Assembly: GCA_036339875.1 (NCBI GenBank) | Contig: JAYZAC010000151.1 | Coordinates: 1-37,352, forward strand | DNA from: a bacterium | Lineage (GTDB): Bacteria > Muiribacteriota > UBA6191 | Length of the DNA stretch: 37,352 nucleotides | Direction of reading: 5' to 3' | Shown here: positions 27,644 to 37,352 of the stretch, piece after piece | How the letters are laid out: every line of letters starts with the position of its first letter | Position numbering within the stretch: the first letter of the stretch is position 1 | Program-made: the position numbers and the translations under genes | The notes under the pieces: model-generated | What the model saw: only the letters and a program-made list of their open reading frames with translations | What the model was told of the DNA's origin: nothing | Database searches by the model: none

Positions 27644-29674
27644 TTAAATTCGACTACGTATAAAATCGTGTAATTTAATTTCATTACCCGTAATCTTATG
27701 TCTCATAAAGTAGTCTGTTTTATGTTTACTGGAGTAAAAATCGTCACTCTTCTTTATTGAATTTGCAGAGGAGGAATCTCCCCATGTAGACTTCTTGAAC
27801 ATATCTAAAAACTGCTTATCTGTTTTAACTCCGTGTGTAAAATAGTAAGTAGTTAATTTATTTTGGAGCTCAATATGCATTGTCTCTGGAAGTCTTTCAA
27901 CTACAGTATATATTCCACCAGAGGTACTGTAGCTATTACTCTTTAAGACATTCGCACCGTGATGGAAAGTGTACTCATTTGAATTAAATAGATCATCCAG
28001 TATGTTTCCAATTTTGATAATGGTCCCGCGACTGGGTATCGAGTTGTTCTCCCGAAATTGTTCATATTCTTCTGGTGTAGGGTCACGATCCCATAAAAGC
28101 TGAGTTTGTAATGCAAATTCATGTAATTGATCAGACAAAGAATTCATAAATATCTTAAGAAAACCATTCGCTAAATCATCATCATACAAACCCTCATCTA
28201 GCTGAATATTATCAAAGGCTGGTTGGTAAAGATGACTCAAAAGACGTTCTCGATCTGCTGAATTACTGGGGTCATATTGCTTAAAAATATCTTCCTCAGG
28301 TAACTCTAAAAGTTCTTTTGATTGAATATCTATCTCGGAAAGATTTTTTTCAGACTCTACAGGATTCTCATACTCACCCTGCGCCATATCGAATGCGGAG
28401 TTTTTCAATTCTTTATCAGAATCGTCTAATGGATTAGGTTCACCTAAATTATCTAAAAGTGTAGAGAGTCCATTTACTTTATATAAATCTTTCATCTCGA
28501 AATCTTTAGCTGATGGGGGCGAGATAAATGTTTGTGTATCTAGTAAAGCTTTCATATCCTTAAAATTTTGAGATTTATCTCTAATCAAGGTTCGAAATTG
28601 CTCAATAGTTAATTGCCGAGACTGACCAATCAAATTATCTGATTTAGCATCCAGATTAACCACCGTCTGCGGAGACAAATACTTTAAAAAATTCAAACTT
28701 TCACTACCCAACAAATTTGCTTTTCGTTTGTTAGACATAGACATTAATTTCTTACTGAAAATATTAAAAAGAGTATCAATACTTTTGCCAGAAGCTACTA
28801 AATCATTAAATGGTTTTAAGTCCTGCTGAGACAAAAAGGAAATCGGCTTATCTAAAGGTACCTGTTCTGGAAAATAGGGCTCTACACCTAGAATGTCAGT
28901 CTTCATAGTAATGTAGCTACTTACTCGCTTGAGGTTTTTGATTTTTTGATTCAGTCTATCTAATTGCGCAATACCCTTCATTAATGCAGGCTCAGATGAG
29001 AAGTCTATATCTTCTAATTTATTTGTCTTCAAGAACTCTAATAAGGATCGAATCTTTGATGGGATTACACCATTATCCACTGCAAACAAATGCGTGAACT
29101 TCGGATCTTTAATGAACTCTAGTAGTTGAATCTGACTTAATGGACTTTTATCAATAATAAAAAGAACTTGCTCCTCCTCAGATGGAGGCTGAGGTGAATA
29201 GGCAAGACTTCCCTTGATTATTGCGATTACTCTCTCTTTTACTCCATCTTGAAGAGTCTTTCCACTGAAATAAATACCTTTACTCAATAGAAATAAATGA
29301 GAAAACTTCTGATTCTCGTCCATTTGGGTAAGATAGGTTTGAAAAGCTCCATAATCTGGCTGTCCTGTATATCTAAATTCCTTACTTATACTTGCACTTA
29401 AATTTGGTTGATACCATCTTTCTTCATATCTACGAGACTCATAAAGTTTACCAACCGTGAATTGGAACCCAGATTCACCGAGATAATAAGCTCGTAAATC
29501 CTGCTCATAAAGAACATCGAATTTACGTTGAGATCGCACTGTTGTAAAGTAAAGTACAACCACTCCCATGCCAACCATTAAAGCAATTAGAACGAGAGCA
29601 ATTGCAATTCCATCTTGTCTACTTTGGAATCGAGACACTATCAAAAAACTCCATAATCGGCTTGCTATTTTCAC
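27644..29674 (-). CDS. Large PilX/GspK-like minor pilin (start may be GTG 29638)
   Basis: Class III-like leader QDG|IAIALVLIALMV without Glu5, then RAYYLGESG (PilX N-terminal pattern); about 600-aa C-terminal region of unknown nature. Confidence 0.7.
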   Translation of the reverse strand: MKIASRLWSFLIVSRFQSRQDGIAIALVLIALMVGMGVVVLYFTTVRSQRKFDVLYEQDLRAYYLGESGFQFTVGKLYESRRYEERWYQPNLSASISKEFRYTGQPDYGAFQTYLTQMDENQKFSHLFLLSKGIYFSGKTLQDGVKERVIAIIKGSLAYSPQPPSEEEQVLFIIDKSPLSQIQLLEFIKDPKFTHLFAVDNGVIPSKIRSLLEFLKTNKLEDIDFSSEPALMKGIAQLDRLNQKIKNLKRVSSYITMKTDILGVEPYFPEQVPLDKPISFLSQQDLKPFNDLVASGKSIDTLFNIFSKKLMSMSNKRKANLLGSESLNFLKYLSPQTVVNLDAKSDNLIGQSRQLTIEQFRTLIRDKSQNFKDMKALLDTQTFISPPSAKDFEMKDLYKVNGLSTLLDNLGEPNPLDDSDKELKNSAFDMAQGEYENPVESEKNLSEIDIQSKELLELPEEDIFKQYDPSNSADRERLLSHLYQPAFDNIQLDEGLYDDDLANGFLKIFMNSLSDQLHEFALQTQLLWDRDPTPEEYEQFRENNSIPSRGTIIKIGNILDDLFNSNEYTFHHGANVLKSNSYSTSGGIYTVVERLPETMHIELQNKLTTYYFTHGVKTDKQFLDMFKKSTWGDSSSANSIKKSDDFYSSKHKTDYFMRHKITGNEIKLHDFIRSRI

Positions 29675-30140
29675 CTAGCTCATACTTTAAATATACTTCC
29701 AGCTTTTGATCATCCTTGGATACAAAGCGTGCAGTTTTCAATCGAACCTTATTTCCAATAGCTCGGACTAACAATCTTGGTAGTCCACCACTTCCTTGAC
29801 TTCTTCGAGCCATAAAATTCCCAAAGCGATCAAAATAGAATTGATTCCTAGAACCATCAGCATGTTCGGTAACAAAATACTCTCCTGAAGGGTTTTTGGA
29901 ATTTGGATACCAAATTTTTCTAGAATTTTTTACTTCTTGATGCAAAAACATAGCAATTCTCTTACTTTGCCCATAAGTAATAAGTTCATCCATTTTACCC
30001 GTACTATATTGACTAGGCTTGCTGAATACTGAGTACGCGCCAATCAAGGCACTTGTTAGAATTAGTGCAGCAAATAAAACTTCTAAAAGAGTGAATGCTT
30101 TGCGACCATTTTTTATTTTAATCGGCCAACCCATACTCAT
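29619..30140 (-). CDS. Type IV prepilin-like protein (PilW/GspJ-like)
   Basis: RKA|FTLLEVLFAALIL N-methylation motif. Confidence 0.85.
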   Translation of the reverse strand: MSMGWPIKIKNGRKAFTLLEVLFAALILTSALIGAYSVFSKPSQYSTGKMDELITYGQSKRIAMFLHQEVKNSRKIWYPNSKNPSGEYFVTEHADGSRNQFYFDRFGNFMARRSQGSGGLPRLLVRAIGNKVRLKTARFVSKDDQKLEVYLKYELGENSKPIMEFFDSVSIPK

Positions 30141-30658
30141 CTTAACTGGGGGAGAAGCGATATTATTGTTTGCATACTTACTACCTTAAACTCACCTTTT
30201 TTAGTGGCATACTTTATTTCAACATGAGCCATTTGAAATTTATCCGTATCATTCAAATCTAAAGCAGGCTTCAAAAACACTCTACAACGAAATTCTTGTA
30301 AATCTCGTATTAAATTGGGGTAATTTTCCTCCGAGAGCCCCTCGGTTTGATTATCTATTGATTTGAAATAAGGACTCAACTCCACACCACTTTTTGGCAC
30401 AACTCCCTTAAAGTCATTATGTTGCAAAATCTTGTCAAATGAACCTAGATAGGAGGTTGCGGAGACATCCTCAATGATTTTATGTGCTAATTGATTTGCC
30501 AAAGACTTTCGACGTAGTGAATCAAACATTTGATTACTAGATGAAAAAACTCGAAATATTGGAATAGACAGTAGAACAATTATAATCATTGCTATAACTA
30601 CTTCCAATAAAGCTAGTCCCTTACGATTCAAAGTTACTGTAAAAAATTTCGACCTCAT
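30137..30658 (-). CDS. Type IV prepilin-like protein (PilV/GspI-like)
   Basis: RKG|LALLEVVIAMIII motif, then ANQLAHKIIE; ATGA overlap with the next gene. Confidence 0.85.
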   Translation of the reverse strand: MRSKFFTVTLNRKGLALLEVVIAMIIIVLLSIPIFRVFSSSNQMFDSLRRKSLANQLAHKIIEDVSATSYLGSFDKILQHNDFKGVVPKSGVELSPYFKSIDNQTEGLSEENYPNLIRDLQEFRCRVFLKPALDLNDTDKFQMAHVEIKYATKKGEFKVVSMQTIISLLPQLR

Positions 30659-30667
30659 TTAAAATAA

Positions 30668-31537
30668 CTACCTAGAATAAGTTCTGGTTCGATGATTACC
30701 TTCATACTCCATGTAAGTCTTGAATTCAAGTTCGCCCCTGGCATTTACTCCTACTGGATACTTAAATTCTAGCGGACTATCAAAATTACTTATTTTCAAA
30801 GGAGTCACTTGATTTTCGGTATCGACGCTTTCCATAGAACTGACTTGACCACCAGTAGCCTTTGCATTGGTGGGTATTACTATATCATCCACATTACTCA
30901 TACTCATTATTTCATCCGAAGTAGATAGAGGTGCCATGAGAGTCTGGAGATCTACTAAATTATGAATTATCTCAATTCTTTGAATTGCCTTAAGAATTTT
31001 AGGCTCTTCCAAAGATTGGTTTAGGTTTTGGATTTCTAGACCATTTGTGCCCTCAACCATGGTTATCATAGTTTTTTTATTATCAACAGAAACCTTAAAC
31101 AATGTTCCTAAAACCCCAGCCACTGCCACCGGAGTCTGAACAGCAAATCTTGATCCTTTTTTTTCAATAAAACAATCCATAACACCTTGTTTTAAATCAG
31201 TAAGCACTTGAAATTTTTTGTCACTTGAAGGCTTTTTGATGATGAGTTTTGTTTCAGTTTTTTCATTACCAAGAAATGCATCTCCATGATTATAAAAATG
31301 AATATGTAGAAATGAATTCCTATCCAATTTCAGCATATCCATGGAAAATAGTGGTCGATTATTTATATCTGCTGTTCTAAGAGTAACGAACTCCTCTGAA
31401 CCACCTGGATAATACTTTATTGAGCCAGAAAGATTCTTAATGATACCAATCACAGGATTCTGGCTCAGCGGATTCTCACAACCCGAAAAAAATGGATAGA
31501 TTCCAATTATAAAAATCATTACATATTTCATTTTCAT
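30668..31537 (-). CDS. FecR-domain putative lipoprotein
   Basis: Lipobox FFSG-C; LKQG...RFAVQTPVAVAGVLGTLFKV...MVEG FecR-like beta pattern. Confidence 0.8.
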   Translation of the reverse strand: MKMKYVMIFIIGIYPFFSGCENPLSQNPVIGIIKNLSGSIKYYPGGSEEFVTLRTADINNRPLFSMDMLKLDRNSFLHIHFYNHGDAFLGNEKTETKLIIKKPSSDKKFQVLTDLKQGVMDCFIEKKGSRFAVQTPVAVAGVLGTLFKVSVDNKKTMITMVEGTNGLEIQNLNQSLEEPKILKAIQRIEIIHNLVDLQTLMAPLSTSDEIMSMSNVDDIVIPTNAKATGGQVSSMESVDTENQVTPLKISNFDSPLEFKYPVGVNARGELEFKTYMEYEGNHRTRTYSR

Positions 31538-31609
31538 TTAATTTCCTAGATCTACAGTAAATTATCAATTTTTAGATTATGGAGCACATCAGGGTAAAAT
31601 CTCTCATGA

Positions 31610-31618
31610 TGCTATACT
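31610..31618 (+). promoter_or_regulatory. Extended -10 element upstream of the UbiD-family gene
   Basis: TG-C-TATACT about 30 nt before ATG 31649, with SD AAGGAAGGA in between. Confidence 0.5.
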
Positions 31619-31648
31619 CCTATATGAACTAAGGAAGGATATAACATT

Positions 31649-33496
31649 ATGAAGAGGGCCTACAAAGATCTGCAAGAGTTTATGAAAGTATTAGAAGCAG
31701 AAGGCGAGCTAATTCGAATCGAAAAGGAAGTAGATCGAGAGCTTGAAATTACCGAGATATACCTACGGCATGCCAAGGCGCAAGACGGCGGTAAGGCCAT
31801 CCTGTTTGAGAATGTAAAAGGTAGTGACATACCAGTTCTGATAAATGCATTTGGATCTTACAAACGATTAAGTTTGGCCTTTGGAACTCATAGCTTAAAA
31901 GAATTCATGGATGAATTAAAGTCGTTAGTAGAGATTGAAATTCCTGAAGGCTTCTGGGGTACTATGAAAAAGGGTTGGCAAATCAAGGATGTCCTTAAGT
32001 ATCCACCGAAGAAGTTAAACTCTCGTTCAGCTAGTTGTCAGCAAATTATTTACCGAGGGGATGAAGTAGACCTAAGTAAAATACCAGTGATCCAATGCTG
32101 GCCTGACGATGGAGGGCCTTTCGTAACTCTACCACTTGTATTTACCAAGTCATTGGATGGAAAAAAGAAGAATATGGGTCTTTATCGTATGCAGGTATAC
32201 GACAAGAATACTACTGGCATGCATTGGCAAATACATAAAGACGGGTCACACTTCCATGGTGAGTACCGGAGGGCCTCTAAACGTATGGAAGTTGCCGTTG
32301 CTATTGGAGCCGATCCAGCATCAGTTTATTGCGGTACGGCTCCATTGCCTCCAGGAGTATATGAAATGTTCTTCTCCGGTTTTTTACGCGGGTCAGGGGC
32401 AGAAATGGTCAAGTGCGTAAGCGTAGATCTCGAAGTTCCTGCTCATGCTGAGATAGTCTTGGAAGGTTACATCGATCCTGACGAACTTAGAGATGAGGGT
32501 CCATTTGGAGATCATACCGGTTATTACACACCTATTGAACCATACCCGGTATTTCATGTTACGACGGTGACAATGAAACGTAATCCTGTGTATTTAACAA
32601 CAGTGGTAGGACGCTCACCCATGGAGGACTGCTACTTAGCCTATGCTACGGAAAGACTGTTCTTGCCTTTATTACAAGCAATTGCTCCAGAAGTTATCGA
32701 TCAACATCTGCCTTGGGATGGTAACTTTCACAACTGTCAGATCTTTAGAATAAGTAAGGAGTACCCTTATCAAGGACGTCGTTTGATGAGTCATATATGG
32801 GGTTTCACGCAAGCCAGTTTTTGTAAATGTCTGATTACTGCTTCTGAAGAAGCTCCCATTCACGACGATGAAAAATTCCTTGAATACTTTCTCAATCATC
32901 TCAACATTGAGCGTGATGTATTTGCGACAGAGGGTATCGTTGATGCTTTGGATCATTCTGCAAATCAACGATTATTTGGTGGAAAACTAGGAATAGATAT
33001 TAGTTTACCGATTGAGGGAGAACCAGGATTTGGAGAGGAACCAGAAGCTTGTGAGCCTGTAGCCTTACAAACAGAATGGCTCGACAAAGAACTAGCAATA
33101 CTCCATCCTGCAATCACGGGATGCTTGAGTTTTGGAATGCATACTCGCAACCCTGTTCTACTGTTACGGGTTCACAAAGAGTCCAATCCAGGAATTGCAG
33201 CCCAATTATCGCAGAGAATTTTTGAGACCATCAATCTTAAACCCTTCAAATTATTTGTACTAGTAGATGAAAAAAATCGTGATTTAACCGATGGCCATAT
33301 GATTATGTGGCGTATTTTCAACAACACCGATGCGCAGAGAGATTTGTATCGCGAGGGAGACCGTGCCCTATTTGATGCAACCTACAAATTACCTGAAGAA
33401 GGCTACAAGAGAGAATGGCCACCTGATATGTTCATGGATGACGACGTTATAAAAAAAATCGATGATAATTTTAGTTCATCCGAACTCGGTCTTTGA
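31649..33496 (+). CDS. UbiD-family prFMN decarboxylase (MqnL-like, menaquinone futalosine pathway), long form
   Basis: NMGLYRMQ, MHWQIHKDG, AEIVLEG, EGPFGDHTGYY, DALDH..GGKLGID; a second C-terminal-like unit ends DATYKLPEEGYKREWP. Confidence 0.9.
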   Translation: MKRAYKDLQEFMKVLEAEGELIRIEKEVDRELEITEIYLRHAKAQDGGKAILFENVKGSDIPVLINAFGSYKRLSLAFGTHSLKEFMDELKSLVEIEIPEGFWGTMKKGWQIKDVLKYPPKKLNSRSASCQQIIYRGDEVDLSKIPVIQCWPDDGGPFVTLPLVFTKSLDGKKKNMGLYRMQVYDKNTTGMHWQIHKDGSHFHGEYRRASKRMEVAVAIGADPASVYCGTAPLPPGVYEMFFSGFLRGSGAEMVKCVSVDLEVPAHAEIVLEGYIDPDELRDEGPFGDHTGYYTPIEPYPVFHVTTVTMKRNPVYLTTVVGRSPMEDCYLAYATERLFLPLLQAIAPEVIDQHLPWDGNFHNCQIFRISKEYPYQGRRLMSHIWGFTQASFCKCLITASEEAPIHDDEKFLEYFLNHLNIERDVFATEGIVDALDHSANQRLFGGKLGIDISLPIEGEPGFGEEPEACEPVALQTEWLDKELAILHPAITGCLSFGMHTRNPVLLLRVHKESNPGIAAQLSQRIFETINLKPFKLFVLVDEKNRDLTDGHMIMWRIFNNTDAQRDLYREGDRALFDATYKLPEEGYKREWPPDMFMDDDVIKKIDDNFSSSELGL

Positions 33497-33543
33497 GTTT
33501 CATTCTACGACATAACTTTAGTATCATTGGTGCTGGAGAGAAT

Positions 33544-34008
33544 ATGAGGATTTTGTTCGTCTGCTTGGGAAATATTTGTCGCTCACCAGCTGCAGAGGCA
33601 GTTTTCGAAAAGCTGGTTTGCGATGCTGGCTTGGAAAATAGAATTGAAATCGATAGCGCTGGCACAGGTGGCTGGCATATTGGTGAACAAGCAGACCCCA
33701 GAATGAGGAGCGCTGCAAGGGAACTAGGTTTCAAAATTACGTCACGTGGAAGACAAGTGACGAATACGGATTTTCAAAATTTTGATCTCATAATAGCGAT
33801 GGATTCAAGTAATTTTAATAATTTACTTCCCTTGCAAACTGAGGACGACCGTGCCAAACTTATTCAATTCAGAGAGCTTATGACAACTCAACATATCGAG
33901 GGTGTCCCAGACCCATATTATGGGGGTCCCGAAGGATTCAAAGAGGTATTGAATATACTTCAGGAAGGCTGCAAAGAATTGTTAAATAGGGTAAGTAGCT
34001 CTCTGTAA
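33544..34008 (+). CDS. Low-molecular-weight protein-tyrosine phosphatase
   Basis: ILFVCLGNICRSPAAE, DSAGT and VPDPYYG; ATG 33544 follows SD GGAG. Confidence 0.95.
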   Translation: MRILFVCLGNICRSPAAEAVFEKLVCDAGLENRIEIDSAGTGGWHIGEQADPRMRSAARELGFKITSRGRQVTNTDFQNFDLIIAMDSSNFNNLLPLQTEDDRAKLIQFRELMTTQHIEGVPDPYYGGPEGFKEVLNILQEGCKELLNRVSSSL

Positions 34009-34016
34009 GGAAGAAA

Positions 34017-34724
34017 ATGGCGATCTCAAATCCAATCAAGATTTTACTAACTGGCTGTAATACGGGTATTGGTCTCGGATTGGCTAAGGAACTACTCTCC
34101 AGAGGACACTTCTTAATTGCTTGCTGTAGAAGTAATGAATACTTTTCAATGCTGTATGCTGAGTTCGAAAATCACAAAGATCAGTTTGCGCTTTACTCTT
34201 TCGATCTGGATACAGATTTCACAGAATCTCTAAATGAAATACGTAACAGTCACGGTGTCCCAGACGTCATAATTAATAATGCCGGAGTTTACCCGAGAGC
34301 ACATAATCAAAACCTTGACTCATCCTGGGAGGCCATTGAATTAGGCATGAGAATAAACCTCAAAGCTCCTATGCGAATCTGTGAGTTTTTCAAATCAGAT
34401 ATGGCAAACTTACCGTGGGGACGAGTTATAAATGTTTCCTCTAAAATGGGATCTCTGGGTGATAACCGTAGCGGTGGTTCTCTCCCTTATCGAAACAGTA
34501 AATTAGCTATCAATCTCTACTCTGTAAATTTAGCTCACGAGATGGTAAATACAGAAGTAAAAGTATTCTGTGTACATCCTGGATGGATAAAAACTCGAAT
34601 GGGTGGAATGCATGCACCAGACAAGGTTGAACAAGCTGTAGATAGAATCATGTTTTGCCTATCTGACGAAGCATCAAAACTACATGGTAAATTTCTAATT
34701 GGTGAGCAAATAATTCCGTGGTAA
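34017..34724 (+). CDS. Short-chain dehydrogenase/reductase (CsgA/carbonyl reductase-like)
   Basis: TGCNTGIG, INNAG, NVSSKMGS, YRNSK and VHPGWIKTRMGG. Confidence 0.93.
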   Translation: MAISNPIKILLTGCNTGIGLGLAKELLSRGHFLIACCRSNEYFSMLYAEFENHKDQFALYSFDLDTDFTESLNEIRNSHGVPDVIINNAGVYPRAHNQNLDSSWEAIELGMRINLKAPMRICEFFKSDMANLPWGRVINVSSKMGSLGDNRSGGSLPYRNSKLAINLYSVNLAHEMVNTEVKVFCVHPGWIKTRMGGMHAPDKVEQAVDRIMFCLSDEASKLHGKFLIGEQIIPW

Positions 34725-34737
34725 TAGGAGACAATCA

Positions 34738-35838
34738 ATGAAACCAACTAGAGCCTCAATTCTGTCAACAACTGAAGAAAAATTTTTACTTAAACAAATA
34801 GCAGTATTACGTAAACTACAGATAAAATCTCTACCCGATGATAAAATTCTGCATGACTTCCTATCATGTGTAAGTTCTGAAAAAACATTGATAGCATATG
34901 AAGATACCAATAATCATATTTCGTGGAATGTATCTAAAGGATTTATTGTAGATCTGGAGGATTCATTTTTCAAGTCACCAGAGAACTTACAAATAGCATA
35001 TGAAGCGGTGAGAAGCTGTTTTTTTGAAAACTTTTTAGACGAAGATGATTATGCTGCACTAGGTTCTGAGTCCGCATTGCAAACTACTGGTAGAGATTTA
35101 GAAAATGAGTCAAAATTATCCGACGAAATAACCCAAGAGATTGAGACTTCAGAGGATGACTCGGATGATGAATTAGACTTGCTCAGCAAGGTTAATGATC
35201 TCGATGCCAATACCTTATCCACCGACGAAGTCGAAATTGAAGCTGATGAATTCTCTAATCTCTCCAACCAGGAAAACTCAGAAATTACTAATGATGTAGC
35301 TGAAGAAATCTCTAATGAAAATACCTCTGAAGCTACTGATGCAGAAGAATCATCGATAGCCTCTAAAGAGCAGAAATCCGATGAGCTAGAGACTAGTGAG
35401 CCAGCTGAAACACCCACAGCGAATAAGAGCTCTGAGGACATCACTGAAGAGGATGTACAAAGTCCCAAAACTACAGAGGAAAATTCAGACGATTCTCCTG
35501 TAGATTTAGATAATCTCTCGTCAGATCAAGAAATTATCAATGAGGTGTCGGAAGAGAGTGACCCAGAAGCCTCAACAGAGGCAGAGGATAGCGAACCATC
35601 AGTTGAAACTGAAGCAGAAATAAAAGAAGTTACAAAAAACATAGATTCGGAATCAGACTCTGAAGGCGAGAATACTGATACAGAAGGACCAGACTTTGAT
35701 AATTTAGCCAAACAGCTTACTGATGTAGGTATGGAAACTGATAAAATAGATTCTTTACTATCGGCAGTGAAATCAGGTAAAGCTCCCCTAGAGACGGTTC
35801 AGGCTACCATTGATAAACTCAAATCAGCTTCAGAATAA
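34738..35838 (+). CDS. Hypothetical protein with long acidic low-complexity region
   Basis: SD AGGAG; globular N-terminus of about 100 aa, D/E/S/T-rich middle and short helical C-terminus. Confidence 0.8.
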   Translation: MKPTRASILSTTEEKFLLKQIAVLRKLQIKSLPDDKILHDFLSCVSSEKTLIAYEDTNNHISWNVSKGFIVDLEDSFFKSPENLQIAYEAVRSCFFENFLDEDDYAALGSESALQTTGRDLENESKLSDEITQEIETSEDDSDDELDLLSKVNDLDANTLSTDEVEIEADEFSNLSNQENSEITNDVAEEISNENTSEATDAEESSIASKEQKSDELETSEPAETPTANKSSEDITEEDVQSPKTTEENSDDSPVDLDNLSSDQEIINEVSEESDPEASTEAEDSEPSVETEAEIKEVTKNIDSESDSEGENTDTEGPDFDNLAKQLTDVGMETDKIDSLLSAVKSGKAPLETVQATIDKLKSASE

Positions 35839-35853
35839 GAAAATAATACAATT

Positions 35854-37352
35854 TTATGGGGAATTAATTTTTAGATTAGCTACTCTATACCCTTTGAATT
35901 CCCTACCGCTGAAACCGTTAATTGCAAATTTAAAACCCTCGAAACTTATCCTAAGTTCTAGGTCTAAATCTCGAAACGAATCACCAATATTTCCTGCTTT
36001 TTTAACAAAAGCATGTATTGGAATTTCAATAAAGCCTACCTGGGAAAGATTTGTATCTCCAGAATCAAGACTATTTATATTAGTACCACTACTAGTCAAA
36101 GGAAATCCATTATATAAATATTGATAGTGAAATTTCACTGCAGAGTCATCAGCAATTTGAATGCACATCTGGTGTTTCTGAGTAATACTAGAGCTAAATG
36201 GGCAAAGATCATTTCGGTCTTTTAAGGCAATCGTGAATTCAGACGCGGTAACATGTGCAAAAGGCGGTTGGGAGCTATCACGGCGTAGAAGACTTAAACT
36301 CATTTTCCCCGTCACTTCGTTTACAGAATTAAAAGAGCCTAGTGGAATTCTTATGAATTGGGGATATTCATCAAAGGTAAATTGCGTACTAGAGTTACTC
36401 GGTACTAAGTATGCTAGTTGATCATCAATATTTTGAATTATGGCGGACTGATCTCCAATTTCTATAGCATTAAGAATAAGAAATACATCATTGGTAGACT
36501 GCTGTGAAATAAGTCGAAGATTTGGACCTCCATAGTTATTCAATTCGACTAGTACTGAATTCAAATCAGTATATGAATCCAATCCATTTCTCAATGAATT
36601 CAAAAACTCTCGGGACCTTACTTGAATAGGTTTAGAATGATTTTTGTAAAGGGGCGACAAAGCATCTAAAAGCTTATTAGAACTTTCAAATATCCTTCCT
36701 AATAAGCTATTGCCAACCTGGTGAGCCAAGTCAATTGATGTCGATTCAAGCGCAGATAAATTTCGCCCCATAAAACTCGACTGATGCAAAGGATTCTTCT
36801 CGTTAACCATGGTTTTAAAGAGCTGAAATGGAGCCGTATTAAATTCACTAAAACCTAAGGATTCTTGCTCTACCAATTGACTCAATAAATTTGCAGCCAA
36901 GTTAGACTGACTACTCTCGTGATCTTTCAAACGTTGAACGTAAACTGCATTAGTCAGAGGAGAGAAATTTATTCTAGTAATTTTTTCAAAGGAAGTTGTA
37001 GCGTCCAAACGATATGTGGAGAACATAAATTCTCCAGAAACATAATCCGAGTCACTGACTCCCTTAGCATTATTAACGGCTTGCCATTGAGAAATTAAAG
37101 TTTTAGATTCAAAGGGTACAAAAACATCGCCTGACCATTCTCCTCGATCATTTGATAAAGCCGCACCTAGTTTGAAACTCGATTCGTTAAGAAAAAAACT
37201 CGTGTCTAAATCTATTTGATTAATGGTACTGAACTTAAATTTTGCACCCTGAACCGTCTTAGAATTAAGTCTTACAGATTCAATACTAACTCTCTTTAGT
37301 AGCGGTCTCAAACCAACGAAATAAGCAAAACCCGGTGTGAGTTCCAGAAGGG
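35854..37352 (-). CDS. Hypothetical protein, 5' end beyond the window
   Basis: The frame stays open upstream of TTG 37311 to the window edge (LLELTPGFAYFVGLRP...); no recognised motif. Confidence 0.75.
   Translation of the reverse strand, partial: LLELTPGFAYFVGLRPLLKRVSIESVRLNSKTVQGAKFKFSTINQIDLDTSFFLNESSFKLGAALSNDRGEWSGDVFVPFESKTLISQWQAVNNAKGVSDSDYVSGEFMFSTYRLDATTSFEKITRINFSPLTNAVYVQRLKDHESSQSNLAANLLSQLVEQESLGFSEFNTAPFQLFKTMVNEKNPLHQSSFMGRNLSALESTSIDLAHQVGNSLLGRIFESSNKLLDALSPLYKNHSKPIQVRSREFLNSLRNGLDSYTDLNSVLVELNNYGGPNLRLISQQSTNDVFLILNAIEIGDQSAIIQNIDDQLAYLVPSNSSTQFTFDEYPQFIRIPLGSFNSVNEVTGKMSLSLLRRDSSQPPFAHVTASEFTIALKDRNDLCPFSSSITQKHQMCIQIADDSAVKFHYQYLYNGFPLTSSGTNINSLDSGDTNLSQVGFIEIPIHAFVKKAGNIGDSFRDLDLELRISFEGFKFAINGFSGREFKGYRVANLKINSP

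Noticed and set aside
35049..35711. Ser-rich minus-strand ORFs
   Set aside because: Antisense products of the acidic low-complexity gene.

Overview
AT-rich, very compact bacterial chromosomal segment from a probable diderm (heptose kinase, lipoproteins, type IV pilin-like genes). It holds mostly housekeeping and envelope genes: the 3' end of dnaE2, a PilN/PilO-like pair, a DEAD-box helicase, a YheT-like hydrolase, two divergent Sel1-repeat genes, a GH18/DUF3142-like protein, cysS, a NERD nuclease, tRNA-Val(GAC), an NTPase-phhA-M16 peptidase operon, hldE-kinase/hemC/hemD/crotonase, a HEAT-repeat gene, a minor-pilin cluster with a FecR-like lipoprotein, a UbiD/MqnL decarboxylase, an LMW phosphatase and an SDR. 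I saw no mobile element, CRISPR array or recognisable defence island. The most unusual signal is in translation initiation. hemC has no in-frame ATG/GTG/TTG before its conserved N-terminus and appears to start at AUU. The NERD gene appears to start at AUC, and a membrane-protein gene probably at AUU. Several genes look leaderless, and two head-to-head genes share a 14-bp spacer carrying a Shine-Dalgarno on each strand. Other points: an unannotated 40-aa ORF with a possible fold-back leader, a tRNA whose 5' end lies inside a stop codon, an aromatic amino acid hydroxylase with atypical pocket residues, and a tail-anchored zinc-ribbon gene split by one in-frame TAA. All family calls are by motif recognition by eye; no searches were run.
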